From: Candidatus Woesearchaeota archaeon
Lineage (GTDB): Archaea > Nanobdellota > Nanobdellia > Woesearchaeales > JABGUJ01
Direction: 5' to 3'
Assembly (NCBI GenBank): GCA_018646625.1
Contig: JABGUJ010000002.1
Location: 100,843 to 164,842 of the forward strand
Length of the DNA: 64,000 nucleotides
The translations under genes were made by a program, and so were the position numbers. The notes beneath the pieces are model-generated. The model saw nothing but the letters and a program-made list of their open reading frames with translations. It did no database searches and was not told the origin of the DNA. Below are positions 40,019 through 49,364 of this stretch, piece by piece (within the stretch, counting starts at the first letter, position 1; every line of letters begins with the position of its first letter).

Positions 40019-41626
40019 ATGAGCGATAGAGACCTTGATGGAATAGTAGGAGCAGATCTTAGTAGAAGAGATTTTCTCAAATTTGGAAGAAATCTAACAG
40101 GTGGTGCAGTAGCTGCAGATGTAGCTATGAAAACAGGTATTGCTACAGCTGTTTTAAAATGGCTTTTTTCACCTAGAGAAGCTCATGCTCAAACAGGTTC
40201 TGGAAGATATGATGTATCTTACATTTGGCATCCTAAATTAGATGCAGCTCTAGATTATATGGATCAAGTAGAAAAAGTTCTTGGAAAAACATTAGGTAAA
40301 GAGTTAAGAGTTGTAAGAGGTAGGAGTGGAAACTTCGGTATAGTTTATGATAGAGATGCTTCTACAAGAGAAAAAGCAGAGAAGACTGCAAGAAGTCATA
40401 CTAACACGCTAAAAAAGGCAGACCTAGATGATGCGGGAGTTGTTAAAGATGAAGGTTATGGTTTAGTTTACAACATAAGTTACGGAAGAGGTCCAAATTT
40501 AGGTGCTTTGAAAAAAGCTTTTGATATTGTATACAAACAACTAGGTAGCGGGCTAGGTAAAAGATTAGTTATTGAAGAAAAAGATAATGGAGATTATGCA
40601 TTAGTTTACAAAAGATATGGTGATAAAGAATTAGGTAGAGTTTCTGCTGCAAGACATCACGATGTTCTGAAAAGAACGGATCTTAGAAAAGTTCTAGGTA
40701 TGCGTAGAGGTGCAGAGCTTGCTTCAGTTATTGAAGAAAGAAATGATAATGCAATATTTGGTGAAGGTAGTCATTTAGATGATGTCGTAGAAACACCAAA
40801 ACCTGAAAAGATTGTCAAACCCAGAAAACCTAAACCAGAAATAACCACAGATTTAGAGGCAGCAATCGAAAGACATGTTGGTCAACTAAGAAGAAGAGGA
40901 CTTATCTCTGGCGACGAGAGAACAGCATGGTCTGTGTATGATTTCGATACAGGTGATAAGGTAGTTAGCATAAATGAAGATGTGCCTATGCAAGCTGCAA
41001 GTATGATTAAACCATTTATAGCATTAGCATATTTCCACGAAGTAAAGCAGGGAAGAAAAGTTTATGGTCCCAAATCAAAAAGAAATATGCAAAGAATGAT
41101 TCAAAAAAGTAGCAACAGCGCTACTAACTGGTTCATTAAAACACTAGGAGGACCATCAAAGGTTCAAGAAATATTAAGAAGGAATTATAGCGAAATCTGC
41201 AAACAAGTTAGAATTAGAGAATATATTCCATCCGGCGGAAGAACATACAGAAACTTAGCTTCAGCTCACGATTATAGTAGATTATTATATTCTTTATGGA
41301 AAGGTCAGTTACCAAGTTCTAGAGAACTAAGAAGAGTTATGGCTTTACCAGGAAGAGATAGAATTTATAACGGAGTTCCAGAAATACCGAACGGAACTTT
41401 AGTTTACAACAAAACTGGAACTACTGCAAGATGTGTTGGTGACTTTGGTATTTTGTATGCTAAAGACAAAAGAGGTAAAAGACATGCATACACAATGGTT
41501 GGAATTGTAGATAAGCCAAGAAGAACAAGTCATTATGGTAGTTGGGCATCAAGAAGAGCTAGCGCAATAAGAAGCGTCTCTGGAGAAGTCTATAAACATA
41601 TGAAAAGGCGCCACAATTTAGTGTAG
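40019..41626 (+). CDS. Tat-secreted protein: 2 SPOR-like repeats + serine beta-lactamase/DD-peptidase (class A-like) domain
   Basis: Twin-arginine motif SRRDFLKFG. Two ~70 aa repeats (…LRVVRGRSGNFGIVYDRDASTREKAEKTARSH…; …KRLVIEEKDNGDYALVYKRYGDKELGRVSAARHH…) resemble SPOR domains. The C-terminal domain has SxxK (ASMIKP), SxN (SSNSATN) and KTG (NKTGTT) active-site motifs in the correct order and spacing. Confidence 0.6.
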   Translation: MSDRDLDGIVGADLSRRDFLKFGRNLTGGAVAADVAMKTGIATAVLKWLFSPREAHAQTGSGRYDVSYIWHPKLDAALDYMDQVEKVLGKTLGKELRVVRGRSGNFGIVYDRDASTREKAEKTARSHTNTLKKADLDDAGVVKDEGYGLVYNISYGRGPNLGALKKAFDIVYKQLGSGLGKRLVIEEKDNGDYALVYKRYGDKELGRVSAARHHDVLKRTDLRKVLGMRRGAELASVIEERNDNAIFGEGSHLDDVVETPKPEKIVKPRKPKPEITTDLEAAIERHVGQLRRRGLISGDERTAWSVYDFDTGDKVVSINEDVPMQAASMIKPFIALAYFHEVKQGRKVYGPKSKRNMQRMIQKSSNSATNWFIKTLGGPSKVQEILRRNYSEICKQVRIREYIPSGGRTYRNLASAHDYSRLLYSLWKGQLPSSRELRRVMALPGRDRIYNGVPEIPNGTLVYNKTGTTARCVGDFGILYAKDKRGKRHAYTMVGIVDKPRRTSHYGSWASRRASAIRSVSGEVYKHMKRRHNLV

Positions 41627-41715
41627 GTCAATATACTATTCTCTATACTACATAAGTAACCTATTTATAGTCTCATACCATATATAGTGTTAAGTAGGTG
41701 GGGGAGGCGCAACAT

Positions 41716-42075
41716 ATGCCAAAGAAAGTTTTATTGGTGGATGATGAAGAGAATATTCTTAGATTGTTAGAGATGAGTGTGCAGGGTTCTTACAAACCTA
41801 TTCTAGCACGCAATGGTATAGAAGCTGTGAAGAGAGCAAAAGAAGATAATCCAGATACAATTGTATTGGATTTAATGATGCCAGGCATGGATGGTTTTGA
41901 AGTTATTAAAGAACTAAAGAAACTGAAAGAAACAAAAGACATACCTATTATTGTCTTGAGTGCCTTGCATAGCAGAGAAGTTAGAGAAAGAGTGATGAAT
42001 GAAGGAGTTTGCGATTACATGATCAAACCATTTGCTCCAGACGACTTGAGATTTAAGTTACAATTATTCAGTTAG
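41716..42075 (+). CDS. Stand-alone response-regulator receiver domain (CheY-like)
   Basis: VLLVDDEENILRLL...DLMMPGMDGFEVIKELK...PIIVLSA. It has the phospho-acceptor Asp context and no output domain. Confidence 0.7.
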   Translation: MPKKVLLVDDEENILRLLEMSVQGSYKPILARNGIEAVKRAKEDNPDTIVLDLMMPGMDGFEVIKELKKLKETKDIPIIVLSALHSREVRERVMNEGVCDYMIKPFAPDDLRFKLQLFS

Positions 42076-42154
42076 AGTGTTTCTTTGTTTTATTCTTTGA
42101 TTTAATTAGATTATCTAAGAAAGTTTTAAAAAGCCAGGTTATAGATTTTAGAGT

Positions 42155-42787
42155 ATGAAGCAATTATTTTTACATGCAAAAGTTGATGTTGATTTAATCA
42201 AAATTGTAGAAAAAGTAGTATCCAGATTAAAAGGAAAAGTAGCAGTTTATACCACAATACAACATCTGGGCATGATTAAACCAGTTCTAGAATATCTTAA
42301 AAAAGAGAAAGTTAATGTAGTAAGTAGCGGACAGATTCTGGGTTGTATTGTTCCTAAAGATAAAGTTGATACATTCTTATATTTAGGACAAGGTAAATTC
42401 CACCCTATAGCAATATTGCTCAAACATGATACTAAAGTTATATGTGCAGACCCAATAAGTTGCAAAGTAACAGAAATAAGCAAATCAGATGTTGAAAGAG
42501 TTGTAAAGAAACAAAAAGGCGCAATGTTAAAATTTCTAACATCAAATAAAATCGGTGTTCTGGTTAGCATGAAGAAAGGTCAAGAACACTATAACGAAGC
42601 TAAAAAACTTGAGAAAAAATATCCCGATAAAACATTTTATTATTTTGTGATGGATACTCTAGACTTCAATGAGATCGAGAATTTCCCTAAAGTCGAATGT
42701 TATGTTAATAGTATGTGTCCAAGAATAGGTTTTGACGATACAATCAGAGTAGGTAAAAGTATAATCAACTTGGAGGAAGTACTATGA
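42155..42787 (+). CDS. dph2: Dph2-like protein lacking the first of Dph2's three domains
   Basis: Aligns to P. horikoshii Dph2 residues ~110-320. QILGCIVPKD aligns to QVLGCNYS, FLYLGQGKFHPIAILL to ILFIGSGIFHPLGLAV, and NKIGVLVSMKKGQ...ECYVNSMCPRIGFDD to KKFGVIVSIKKGQ...VVVACPRVPLDD. There is an in-frame stop 3 codons upstream, so no domain-1 equivalent. Confidence 0.55.
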   Translation: MKQLFLHAKVDVDLIKIVEKVVSRLKGKVAVYTTIQHLGMIKPVLEYLKKEKVNVVSSGQILGCIVPKDKVDTFLYLGQGKFHPIAILLKHDTKVICADPISCKVTEISKSDVERVVKKQKGAMLKFLTSNKIGVLVSMKKGQEHYNEAKKLEKKYPDKTFYYFVMDTLDFNEIENFPKVECYVNSMCPRIGFDDTIRVGKSIINLEEVL

Positions 42788-43251
42788 GCATAGAAAAAGG
42801 CGCAGTATTTGATTTATCTCTCACATTAGTTTTAATGGTATTAGTACTTAGTTCTTGTACAGCAATAACTGGAAACTATGTAGTGGTTGATACGGGAGAA
42901 GAAGAACACACTTTTCAAGTTGAAATTGCAGATGAAGATCGTGAAAGATATCAAGGATTAAAATACAGAACTCAGATATCAGAACAAGGGGGAATGTTTT
43001 TTGTATTTCCTGATAAAAGCACAAAATCATTCTGGATGAAAGACACATACGTACCTTTAGATATTATCTTCATAAACGAAGAATTAAAGGTAGTTAACAT
43101 AGAAAATGCAGAACCCTGCGAAGTTAAAGATTGCCCATCATATGAGTCTAAAAGGCCTGTAAAGTATGTTTTAGAGATCAAAGGCGGCTTGGCCGAAGAG
43201 TTAGGTATTGAGAAGAACGATAAGATAACAGTCTCTGGAATAGATATTTAA
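42784..43251 (+). CDS. DUF192 (COG1430) family protein with an N-terminal membrane anchor/signal
   Basis: GGMFFVFPD...FWMKDTYVPLDIIFINEE matches the DUF192 core. Confidence 0.6.
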   Translation: MSIEKGAVFDLSLTLVLMVLVLSSCTAITGNYVVVDTGEEEHTFQVEIADEDRERYQGLKYRTQISEQGGMFFVFPDKSTKSFWMKDTYVPLDIIFINEELKVVNIENAEPCEVKDCPSYESKRPVKYVLEIKGGLAEELGIEKNDKITVSGIDI

Positions 43252-43275
43252 ATCATTAACTTCATTTCTTCTGGT

Positions 43276-44475
43276 ATGAACAAGCCAGAACTATTAAGCC
43301 CAGTAGCAGATTTTACTATGTTAGAGGCAGCCATAGAAGGTGGATGCGATGCAGTTTATTTTGGTGCTAAAACTTTGAATATGCGAGCTGCTGCTAAGAA
43401 TTTCGAATTATCGGAATTAAAAAAAGTTGTTGAAAGATGTCATTCTGCAAATGTTAGAGCATTCCTTACAATCAATACAATTGTCTATGAAGATGAATTA
43501 GAGAAAGTTAATCAGGTATTAGAATATGCAAAAGATGCAAAGATAGATGCAATAATTGCTTGGGATATGGCGGTTGTATCATTAGCATTAGAGATGGGTC
43601 TTGAAACACATCTAAGCACACAAGCATCTGTGTCTAACTCAACCGCTGCAGAATATTATGCAAAGTTGGGAATCAAAAGAGTAATTCTTGCAAGAGAATG
43701 TACTTTAGATCAAGTTAAAGATATTGTCGCAAACAGCAAAGTAGAAGTTGAAATGTTTGTTCATGGAGCTCGTTGCATCTCAGTATCTGGAAGATGTTAC
43801 ATTAGTCAAGATTTATTTAACAAATCAGCCAATAGAGGAGAATGCATACAACCATGTAGAAGACAGTACCAAGTAAAAGATATTGAAACGGGCGATGAAC
43901 TGAAAGTTGATAATAAGTTCATACTATCTCCTAAAGATTTGTGTTCTTTACCGTTTTTAGAGAAGATGATTGAAACAGGCATATGTTGTCTTAAGATCGA
44001 AGGTCGCAATAGAAGTCCAGAATATGTTAAAGTAGTTACCTCAGTCTATCGACGTGCAATTGATGCAATATCCAAAAGAACGTTTGATGATTCACTTCGC
44101 GATTCATTGTTAAAAGAATTAAAAACAGTATACAATCGAGATCTTTCGCCTGGATTTTATCTAGGCATCCCTACATCCGATGATCATACGGATGCATACG
44201 GCAGTAAAGCAACAGAAACAAAGATATATGTAGGATTTGTGAAAAACTTTTATCAAAAGGTAGACGCAGCAGAAATAAAATTAGAAAGCTCAAATTTAAC
44301 TATTGGGGATAATATGATGATACAAGGTCCAACTACAGGAGTGTATAAACAGAAAGTAGAGTCAATGCAAATTAATAAAGAAAAAGTCAAGACTGCTGAA
44401 AAAGGTAAAAGTGTAGCAGTTAAAGTCGAGCGTACAGTAAGACCTAATGATAAAGTATTTATTTTGAAAGAATGA
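43276..44475 (+). CDS. Peptidase U32 family protein (collagenase-like, RlhA/TrhP-like)
   Basis: The PELLSPVADFTMLEAAIEGGCDAVYFG...NMRA N-terminus and a Cys-rich CISVSGRCYISQ...CIQPCRR region typical of U32. Confidence 0.7.
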   Translation: MNKPELLSPVADFTMLEAAIEGGCDAVYFGAKTLNMRAAAKNFELSELKKVVERCHSANVRAFLTINTIVYEDELEKVNQVLEYAKDAKIDAIIAWDMAVVSLALEMGLETHLSTQASVSNSTAAEYYAKLGIKRVILARECTLDQVKDIVANSKVEVEMFVHGARCISVSGRCYISQDLFNKSANRGECIQPCRRQYQVKDIETGDELKVDNKFILSPKDLCSLPFLEKMIETGICCLKIEGRNRSPEYVKVVTSVYRRAIDAISKRTFDDSLRDSLLKELKTVYNRDLSPGFYLGIPTSDDHTDAYGSKATETKIYVGFVKNFYQKVDAAEIKLESSNLTIGDNMMIQGPTTGVYKQKVESMQINKEKVKTAEKGKSVAVKVERTVRPNDKVFILKE

Positions 44476-44906
44476 AAAAAGTAATGGTATTCGGCACATT
44501 TGATCTTCTCCACAAAGGACATAAAAGTTTTCTAAAGCAAGCTAGAAAGAATGGAGATTATCTTGTCGCATTAGTTGCTCGAGATGTAAATGTTATTAAA
44601 CTAAAAAAAAGAGAGTTACATGAAAGTGAAAGCATTCGATTAGAAAAGGTTTCTAAATTAAGTTATGTTGATGAAGCAACATTAGGTAATAAACGTATTA
44701 ACATGGGTCCGATTAAAAGAATTAATCCCAACATTATTTGTCTAGGTTATGATCAAACATACTTTCTAGATAAATTAAAAAAATTTCTTGAGGAGAGTAA
44801 ATTAGATATCAAAGTGATAAGATTAAAGCCACACAAGCCATATAAGTATAAATCTCAAATTAAACGAGCCAAGAAGAAAGTTATTAATTCTCAAAGAAAG
44901 ATTTAA
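44472..44906 (+). CDS. ribL: Cytidylyltransferase-like nucleotidyltransferase (archaeal FAD synthase RibL-like)
   Basis: The GTFDLLHKGH (HxGH) motif and ~145 aa length are typical of RibL/CTP-transferase-like proteins. Confidence 0.55.
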   Translation: MKKVMVFGTFDLLHKGHKSFLKQARKNGDYLVALVARDVNVIKLKKRELHESESIRLEKVSKLSYVDEATLGNKRINMGPIKRINPNIICLGYDQTYFLDKLKKFLEESKLDIKVIRLKPHKPYKYKSQIKRAKKKVINSQRKI

Positions 44907-44977
44907 ATATATTATACACTTAACATTATGTAGTAAGAGCGTAGTTCTATAGAGCAAAAGTAGTTAGCTTGCGGTAG

Positions 44978-45280
44978 GTGATTAAACTTAAGCTATCCAA
45001 ACATGACCGATACTTAATGAAACTCTATGAAGAGATAAAACATCGGTACGATGACATTATTCTAAATTATCGAATCAAAGGTAGAAAGTGTAGTCTAGGA
45101 GAAATTGATTTACTCGCAAGAAAAGGTGAAGTACTAGACTTGTATGAAGTGAAATGTTCGCACAGAATTGTTAAAGCGAGAAAACAACTTTACAAAGCTA
45201 GAAAAAATATGAAATTAAACTCCAGTAATTCTAACTTATTCTTTTACTGCGGTAGTTCTGATTCTATTATGAGTATCTAG
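44978..45280 (+). CDS. YraN/UPF0102-like small PD-(D/E)xK endonuclease-fold protein
   Basis: GEIDLLARKGEVLDLYEVK matches the D...E-x-K core, as in YraN (GEIDLI...VFVEVK). Confidence 0.45.
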   Translation: MIKLKLSKHDRYLMKLYEEIKHRYDDIILNYRIKGRKCSLGEIDLLARKGEVLDLYEVKCSHRIVKARKQLYKARKNMKLNSSNSNLFFYCGSSDSIMSI

Positions 45281-45290
45281 AAATAAATAT

Positions 45291-45704
45291 TTATTTTAGA
45301 AGTGGAAGATCTCCACAAAATTTCTGTACGGCATTATCATCACCTAAAACACCAATACCAATAACACCAACATCCTCAATTGCTTTTCCTTTAACACGTT
45401 CAACATATTCATCATAACTTGTTGTGGACTGTCCTTCTCGTGTAAATACCATGTACTTCATATCATTCTTTTTCGCGCGCTTTAGTAACTCCCTCCAATC
45501 TTTATTGTGTTTCTTAACAATAAGAATGGGAATTTTTGTAATCGGAATGTATGTAAAATAATCAGCATCTATACCAGGCCCAAGAATATCTTTTTCCTGA
45601 TTAAAGAGACCTGAAGCAATACAAGCAGAAGCATTCGCTAAAAAGCCAGGCCCAATAGTCTCATCCAAAGCCATTGCAATTCTCATAAGATGATTACATT
45701 GCAA
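45291..45704 (-). CDS. Hypothetical protein (137 aa)
   Basis: ORF with consistent bias and no motif assignable. Confidence 0.3.
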   Translation of the reverse strand: MQCNHLMRIAMALDETIGPGFLANASACIASGLFNQEKDILGPGIDADYFTYIPITKIPILIVKKHNKDWRELLKRAKKNDMKYMVFTREGQSTTSYDEYVERVKGKAIEDVGVIGIGVLGDDNAVQKFCGDLPLLK

Positions 45705-45782
45705 AAAGATATATTAACTTAATGTTAAATATTTAACAAATATTTAGAAAATTATTTAAATGATCCAATTATTAGTTTAGCC

Positions 45783-46448
45783 ATGGTTACCGTTCAGCAT
45801 CTGATAAAAAAGGAAATGGAGAATAATCCCATTTTAGTCGATATTCTTCAACAAGAGCTGGTAAACATATCTGCCCTTGCTTTAAAGCTTCAGCCAGCAA
45901 TTACGAAAGAAATGGGCAAAGATGTGAAAGCTTCCGCGATAGGTATGGCCTTGAGGCGTTATGCATCCGAAACATCAGGAAATCCAATCTATCAATGGAA
46001 ATTCCCAAAAAATCTTGAGATCTCAACTAAATCACAAATATACGAAGTTGCGATTGAGAAATCATTAGGAATAAAGAAGATTCTTGACCACTTATTCGAT
46101 TCAATTAAAAGACAGAAAGGCGAATTCATATCATTTGTTGAAGGTACATATGAGATTGTTATATTTACAAATCAAAGAAACAAAAAACATGTTAGAGAAG
46201 CTATAAAAGAATATACAATAACATCTGAATGCGATAATCTAGCATACGTTACTGTTAATTGGGCAAAAATAACTAAAGATATTCCAGGAATATATTATAG
46301 ACTTACAAGAGCACTCGCGTTCAAGAATATTTCTATTCAATCCTTTCACACCGTCGGCGCAGAAATGATTATTCTATTCAAAGAAGAAGTTCTGGTTGAT
46401 GCGTACCAAGTTTTGGGTAATTTATTGCACAACAAAACAGAACTCTAA
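45783..46448 (+). CDS. Hypothetical protein with a possible C-terminal ACT-like ligand-binding domain
   Basis: C-terminal ...IPGIYYRLTRALAFKNISIQSFHTVGAEMIILFKEE resembles an ACT beta-alpha-beta-beta-alpha-beta unit. Confidence 0.3.
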   Translation: MVTVQHLIKKEMENNPILVDILQQELVNISALALKLQPAITKEMGKDVKASAIGMALRRYASETSGNPIYQWKFPKNLEISTKSQIYEVAIEKSLGIKKILDHLFDSIKRQKGEFISFVEGTYEIVIFTNQRNKKHVREAIKEYTITSECDNLAYVTVNWAKITKDIPGIYYRLTRALAFKNISIQSFHTVGAEMIILFKEEVLVDAYQVLGNLLHNKTEL

Positions 46449-47227
46449 AAGTCGCAAAGCTCAGCAATAATCTTAGCACCCAACATGGAAGTAATATCCT
46501 TAACATCTTTGTCTGGATTAATTTCAACAACATCACACATAGCTATTTTTCCTGTTAATTTTAATTGTTGTAAGGCATATAATAATTCTCTAGACGATAA
46601 TCCGCCGTGTTCAGTATACCCCGTACCAATTGCCTCAACGGGATCCACACAATCAATATCAATTGAAAGATAGATTGGTTTATCACACTCTACAACAATC
46701 TCCGACATGACACTCTTAATGCCTTTTTCAAATATTTGTTTGCAAGTAAAATGTTTGATTTTCTTTTCCTCTAAATATGTAATCTCTTTTTCATCCCAGT
46801 TTCTAACTCCAACAATAATTACATCTTCAGCAGCCACAATCTCCTCTTCAATCAGAACTCTCAAGTAATCTTCCTGAGAAGGTGGCACAAAATTATCCAT
46901 CAGATCTGGATGTGCATCGAAAACAATTAATTTAAAATCTTTAACGTTCTTAGAGAAACCTTTTACAGCAGGATAAGTAATAGAGTGATCTCCACCAATA
47001 ATAATTGCCTTTTCAGAATGTGATCTGAGTTTATCAAAGATCTTATTGTGACTTTCTTCAATATTTGCCTCATCAAGAACAAGATCCTCAACTTCAAACT
47101 TACATTCAACTTTGTCTTCATTAGAGAATATATCTTTAAGTTTATCGACTACAACATCAGGCGCTTTGTTCGCACCATTACCATGTCCAAGCCCACCACC
47201 GCTAAACGGTGCTTTAATTATATTCAT
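46445..47227 (-). CDS. speB: Agmatinase/arginase-family ureohydrolase
   Basis: Mn-binding motifs GGDHSITYP, VFDAHPDL, SIDIDCVDP. Context: PLP decarboxylase and DHS. Confidence 0.75.
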   Translation of the reverse strand: MNIIKAPFSGGGLGHGNGANKAPDVVVDKLKDIFSNEDKVECKFEVEDLVLDEANIEESHNKIFDKLRSHSEKAIIIGGDHSITYPAVKGFSKNVKDFKLIVFDAHPDLMDNFVPPSQEDYLRVLIEEEIVAAEDVIIVGVRNWDEKEITYLEEKKIKHFTCKQIFEKGIKSVMSEIVVECDKPIYLSIDIDCVDPVEAIGTGYTEHGGLSSRELLYALQQLKLTGKIAMCDVVEINPDKDVKDITSMLGAKIIAELCDF

Positions 47228-48258
47228 TCTACAATCTCCGTTTCAATTCTTTCTAAATCACAAAAATCAGATCCAAAGTTATACGCACCTGCGTTCAAAA
47301 AGACAAGCTCTTGACCAACCTTAACTTCATTCAGATAAACTCGGTATCTAAATAGATCCATAGAGCAAGGAGTGCATCCTTTTACAACATAAGGTTGACC
47401 TTCACCTCTGGGCAACTCACCATCAATTAAAAGTTTTACAGGAACGAGTATTGCATCCATATCAGAATTATAAACTGACGCATTAACAATAACATTATTC
47501 TCATAAACCGCAGTCACAAAAGTAACCAACTTGCCCGCAGGAGCAGAAATAAATCTGCCTGGTTCAACCATCAAGTTAATATTTTTATCATTTAACCAAG
47601 TTTTCAATTCATTTATGCGTTTAATAATCGAAGGCATAACATCTAGATTGGTGTTAGCATATTCCGAAGGCAAACCACCGCCAATGTTTAATGTACCAAT
47701 GGATTCTAACGTGGATTCATTAAGCATATTAGATACTTCATATACAAGATTCCACTCAGCCATATTCTGAGTTTTACGATGAAAATGCACCCCTAGAGAG
47801 GAAATATTATCAATATTCTTCAGTTCAGAAATTCTCGCATTTACAGTTTCAGAAGACATACCAAAAACAAAGTAACGCTCAGTTCTTAATGTATTTTCCT
47901 TTAACTTTATTCTCAACATTAATTCTATTATTTTATCAGAATTTTTAAGATAATTAAGCAAAGTATCTAGATCCGCTTCATTATCAACAGCAAATCTAAA
48001 GATCCCTTTTTGCAACAAGTCTTCAATAAGAGTATTGTCCCAACCTTGCGCTAAGAAAAGTACTCGCGACAAATCATCAATATGTTGAAGTTCATTACAC
48101 ATATGAATACTGAATAAACAATCAGTATTCTTCTCCAACATCCCAGTTACAAGAGAATTAGTTTTAGAACTGTATGAAACAACATCTGCAACTTCTTCAA
48201 CAATCTTGTACTGTTCAAGTACTTTACTTTTCGATAATAAAAATCTAGGAGTTTTCAT
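47224..48258 (-). CDS. PLP-dependent Orn/Arg/DAP decarboxylase (alanine-racemase-fold family)
   Basis: The YSSKTN (PLP Lys) and GGG loop NIGGGLPSEY of group IV decarboxylases. Overlaps both neighbours by 4 nt and 14 nt. Confidence 0.65.
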   Translation of the reverse strand: MKTPRFLLSKSKVLEQYKIVEEVADVVSYSSKTNSLVTGMLEKNTDCLFSIHMCNELQHIDDLSRVLFLAQGWDNTLIEDLLQKGIFRFAVDNEADLDTLLNYLKNSDKIIELMLRIKLKENTLRTERYFVFGMSSETVNARISELKNIDNISSLGVHFHRKTQNMAEWNLVYEVSNMLNESTLESIGTLNIGGGLPSEYANTNLDVMPSIIKRINELKTWLNDKNINLMVEPGRFISAPAGKLVTFVTAVYENNVIVNASVYNSDMDAILVPVKLLIDGELPRGEGQPYVVKGCTPCSMDLFRYRVYLNEVKVGQELVFLNAGAYNFGSDFCDLERIETEIVE

Positions 48259-49213
48259 TTTTCAATAACCCATCTGCATGCAATTCTTCCATCGCCTTCA
48301 TCATTGCTAAAGGAAACATAATAGTTACATCGCCATTCACAGTAGCAATATCACTATCATCCTTAACTTTACCCCAAGACTTGGCTTCATTAGTTGTTGC
48401 ACCAGACATAGAACCAGATGTTTTGTGAGCAGTTGTCATATAAACTGCATATTCAGCGCCGCCGTTTAACAAAGTACAAAGTATGGCGTGATGTTTAGAT
48501 ATACTACCGCCAAGAGCAATAACACCTTTCTTATCGTCGTGAGACGTAGTGAATAATATGTTCCCGAAATCTTTTACAACATCAACAATGAAGTCAGGAT
48601 GTTTCTGTTGGAATAAGTAAAGGTGAAATCCAAATGCACCATCTGTAATTGCAGGACAAAATATAGGGATTTTATTCTTTGCAGCTTGACAAAGTATAGA
48701 ATTATTATCATCAAGCATCAAACCTATTTCGCGCAACATCTCAGATACAGCCCAACGTTTTTGTTTCTCGTAAAGCTTCGCAAGTATAGGAAGAATTCTG
48801 TCTTCAAAATTCATGTAACTCTCATTCTTTATTAACAAATTACCTACGCGGTTGATACCTTGTTCGTGAAGTTCAACATCATCTGATTCAAACTTCCCAA
48901 TCGCAAACTTTTCACCCTTTGCTTTCATTATATCTTCTTCCAAACCGCCTACAGTGGTTACAATAATGTCAGCAATACCTAATTTGATAATTTGTGCAAA
49001 AAAACCTCTCAAACCGGATGTGACCATATTAGAAGTAAAAGTTAGAAAGATTTTTGCTCCTTCTTTTTTCATCTTAACAATAACATTACTTGCTTTGCTA
49101 AGCTCTACACTTTGATAGCCAATTGTCTTAAAATTATCAACTAACTCTTTCACAGTTATTCCAGGCTTCCATATTAAATCCGTGACATATTCCATTATAG
49201 GTCCTCCAAGCAA
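48245..49213 (-). CDS. dys: Deoxyhypusine synthase
   Basis: DHS NAD/spermidine-binding pattern (TFTSNMVTSGLRG...VTTVGGLEEDI...GGSISKHH). Confidence 0.75.
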   Translation of the reverse strand: MLGGPIMEYVTDLIWKPGITVKELVDNFKTIGYQSVELSKASNVIVKMKKEGAKIFLTFTSNMVTSGLRGFFAQIIKLGIADIIVTTVGGLEEDIMKAKGEKFAIGKFESDDVELHEQGINRVGNLLIKNESYMNFEDRILPILAKLYEKQKRWAVSEMLREIGLMLDDNNSILCQAAKNKIPIFCPAITDGAFGFHLYLFQQKHPDFIVDVVKDFGNILFTTSHDDKKGVIALGGSISKHHAILCTLLNGGAEYAVYMTTAHKTSGSMSGATTNEAKSWGKVKDDSDIATVNGDVTIMFPLAMMKAMEELHADGLLKNENS

Positions 49214-49364
49214 GGTAAATGAATCTAAGTAGAACTAATTTAGCTATGTTGTTTTATGTAGTTGTGATAGCTAATACTCATAATATCAATAGAATCGAAG
49301 TTATTTATAAAGCTTATTAATAAACAAAAACACAAGAAAAAAGAAGAAAGAGGCGCTATAACGC

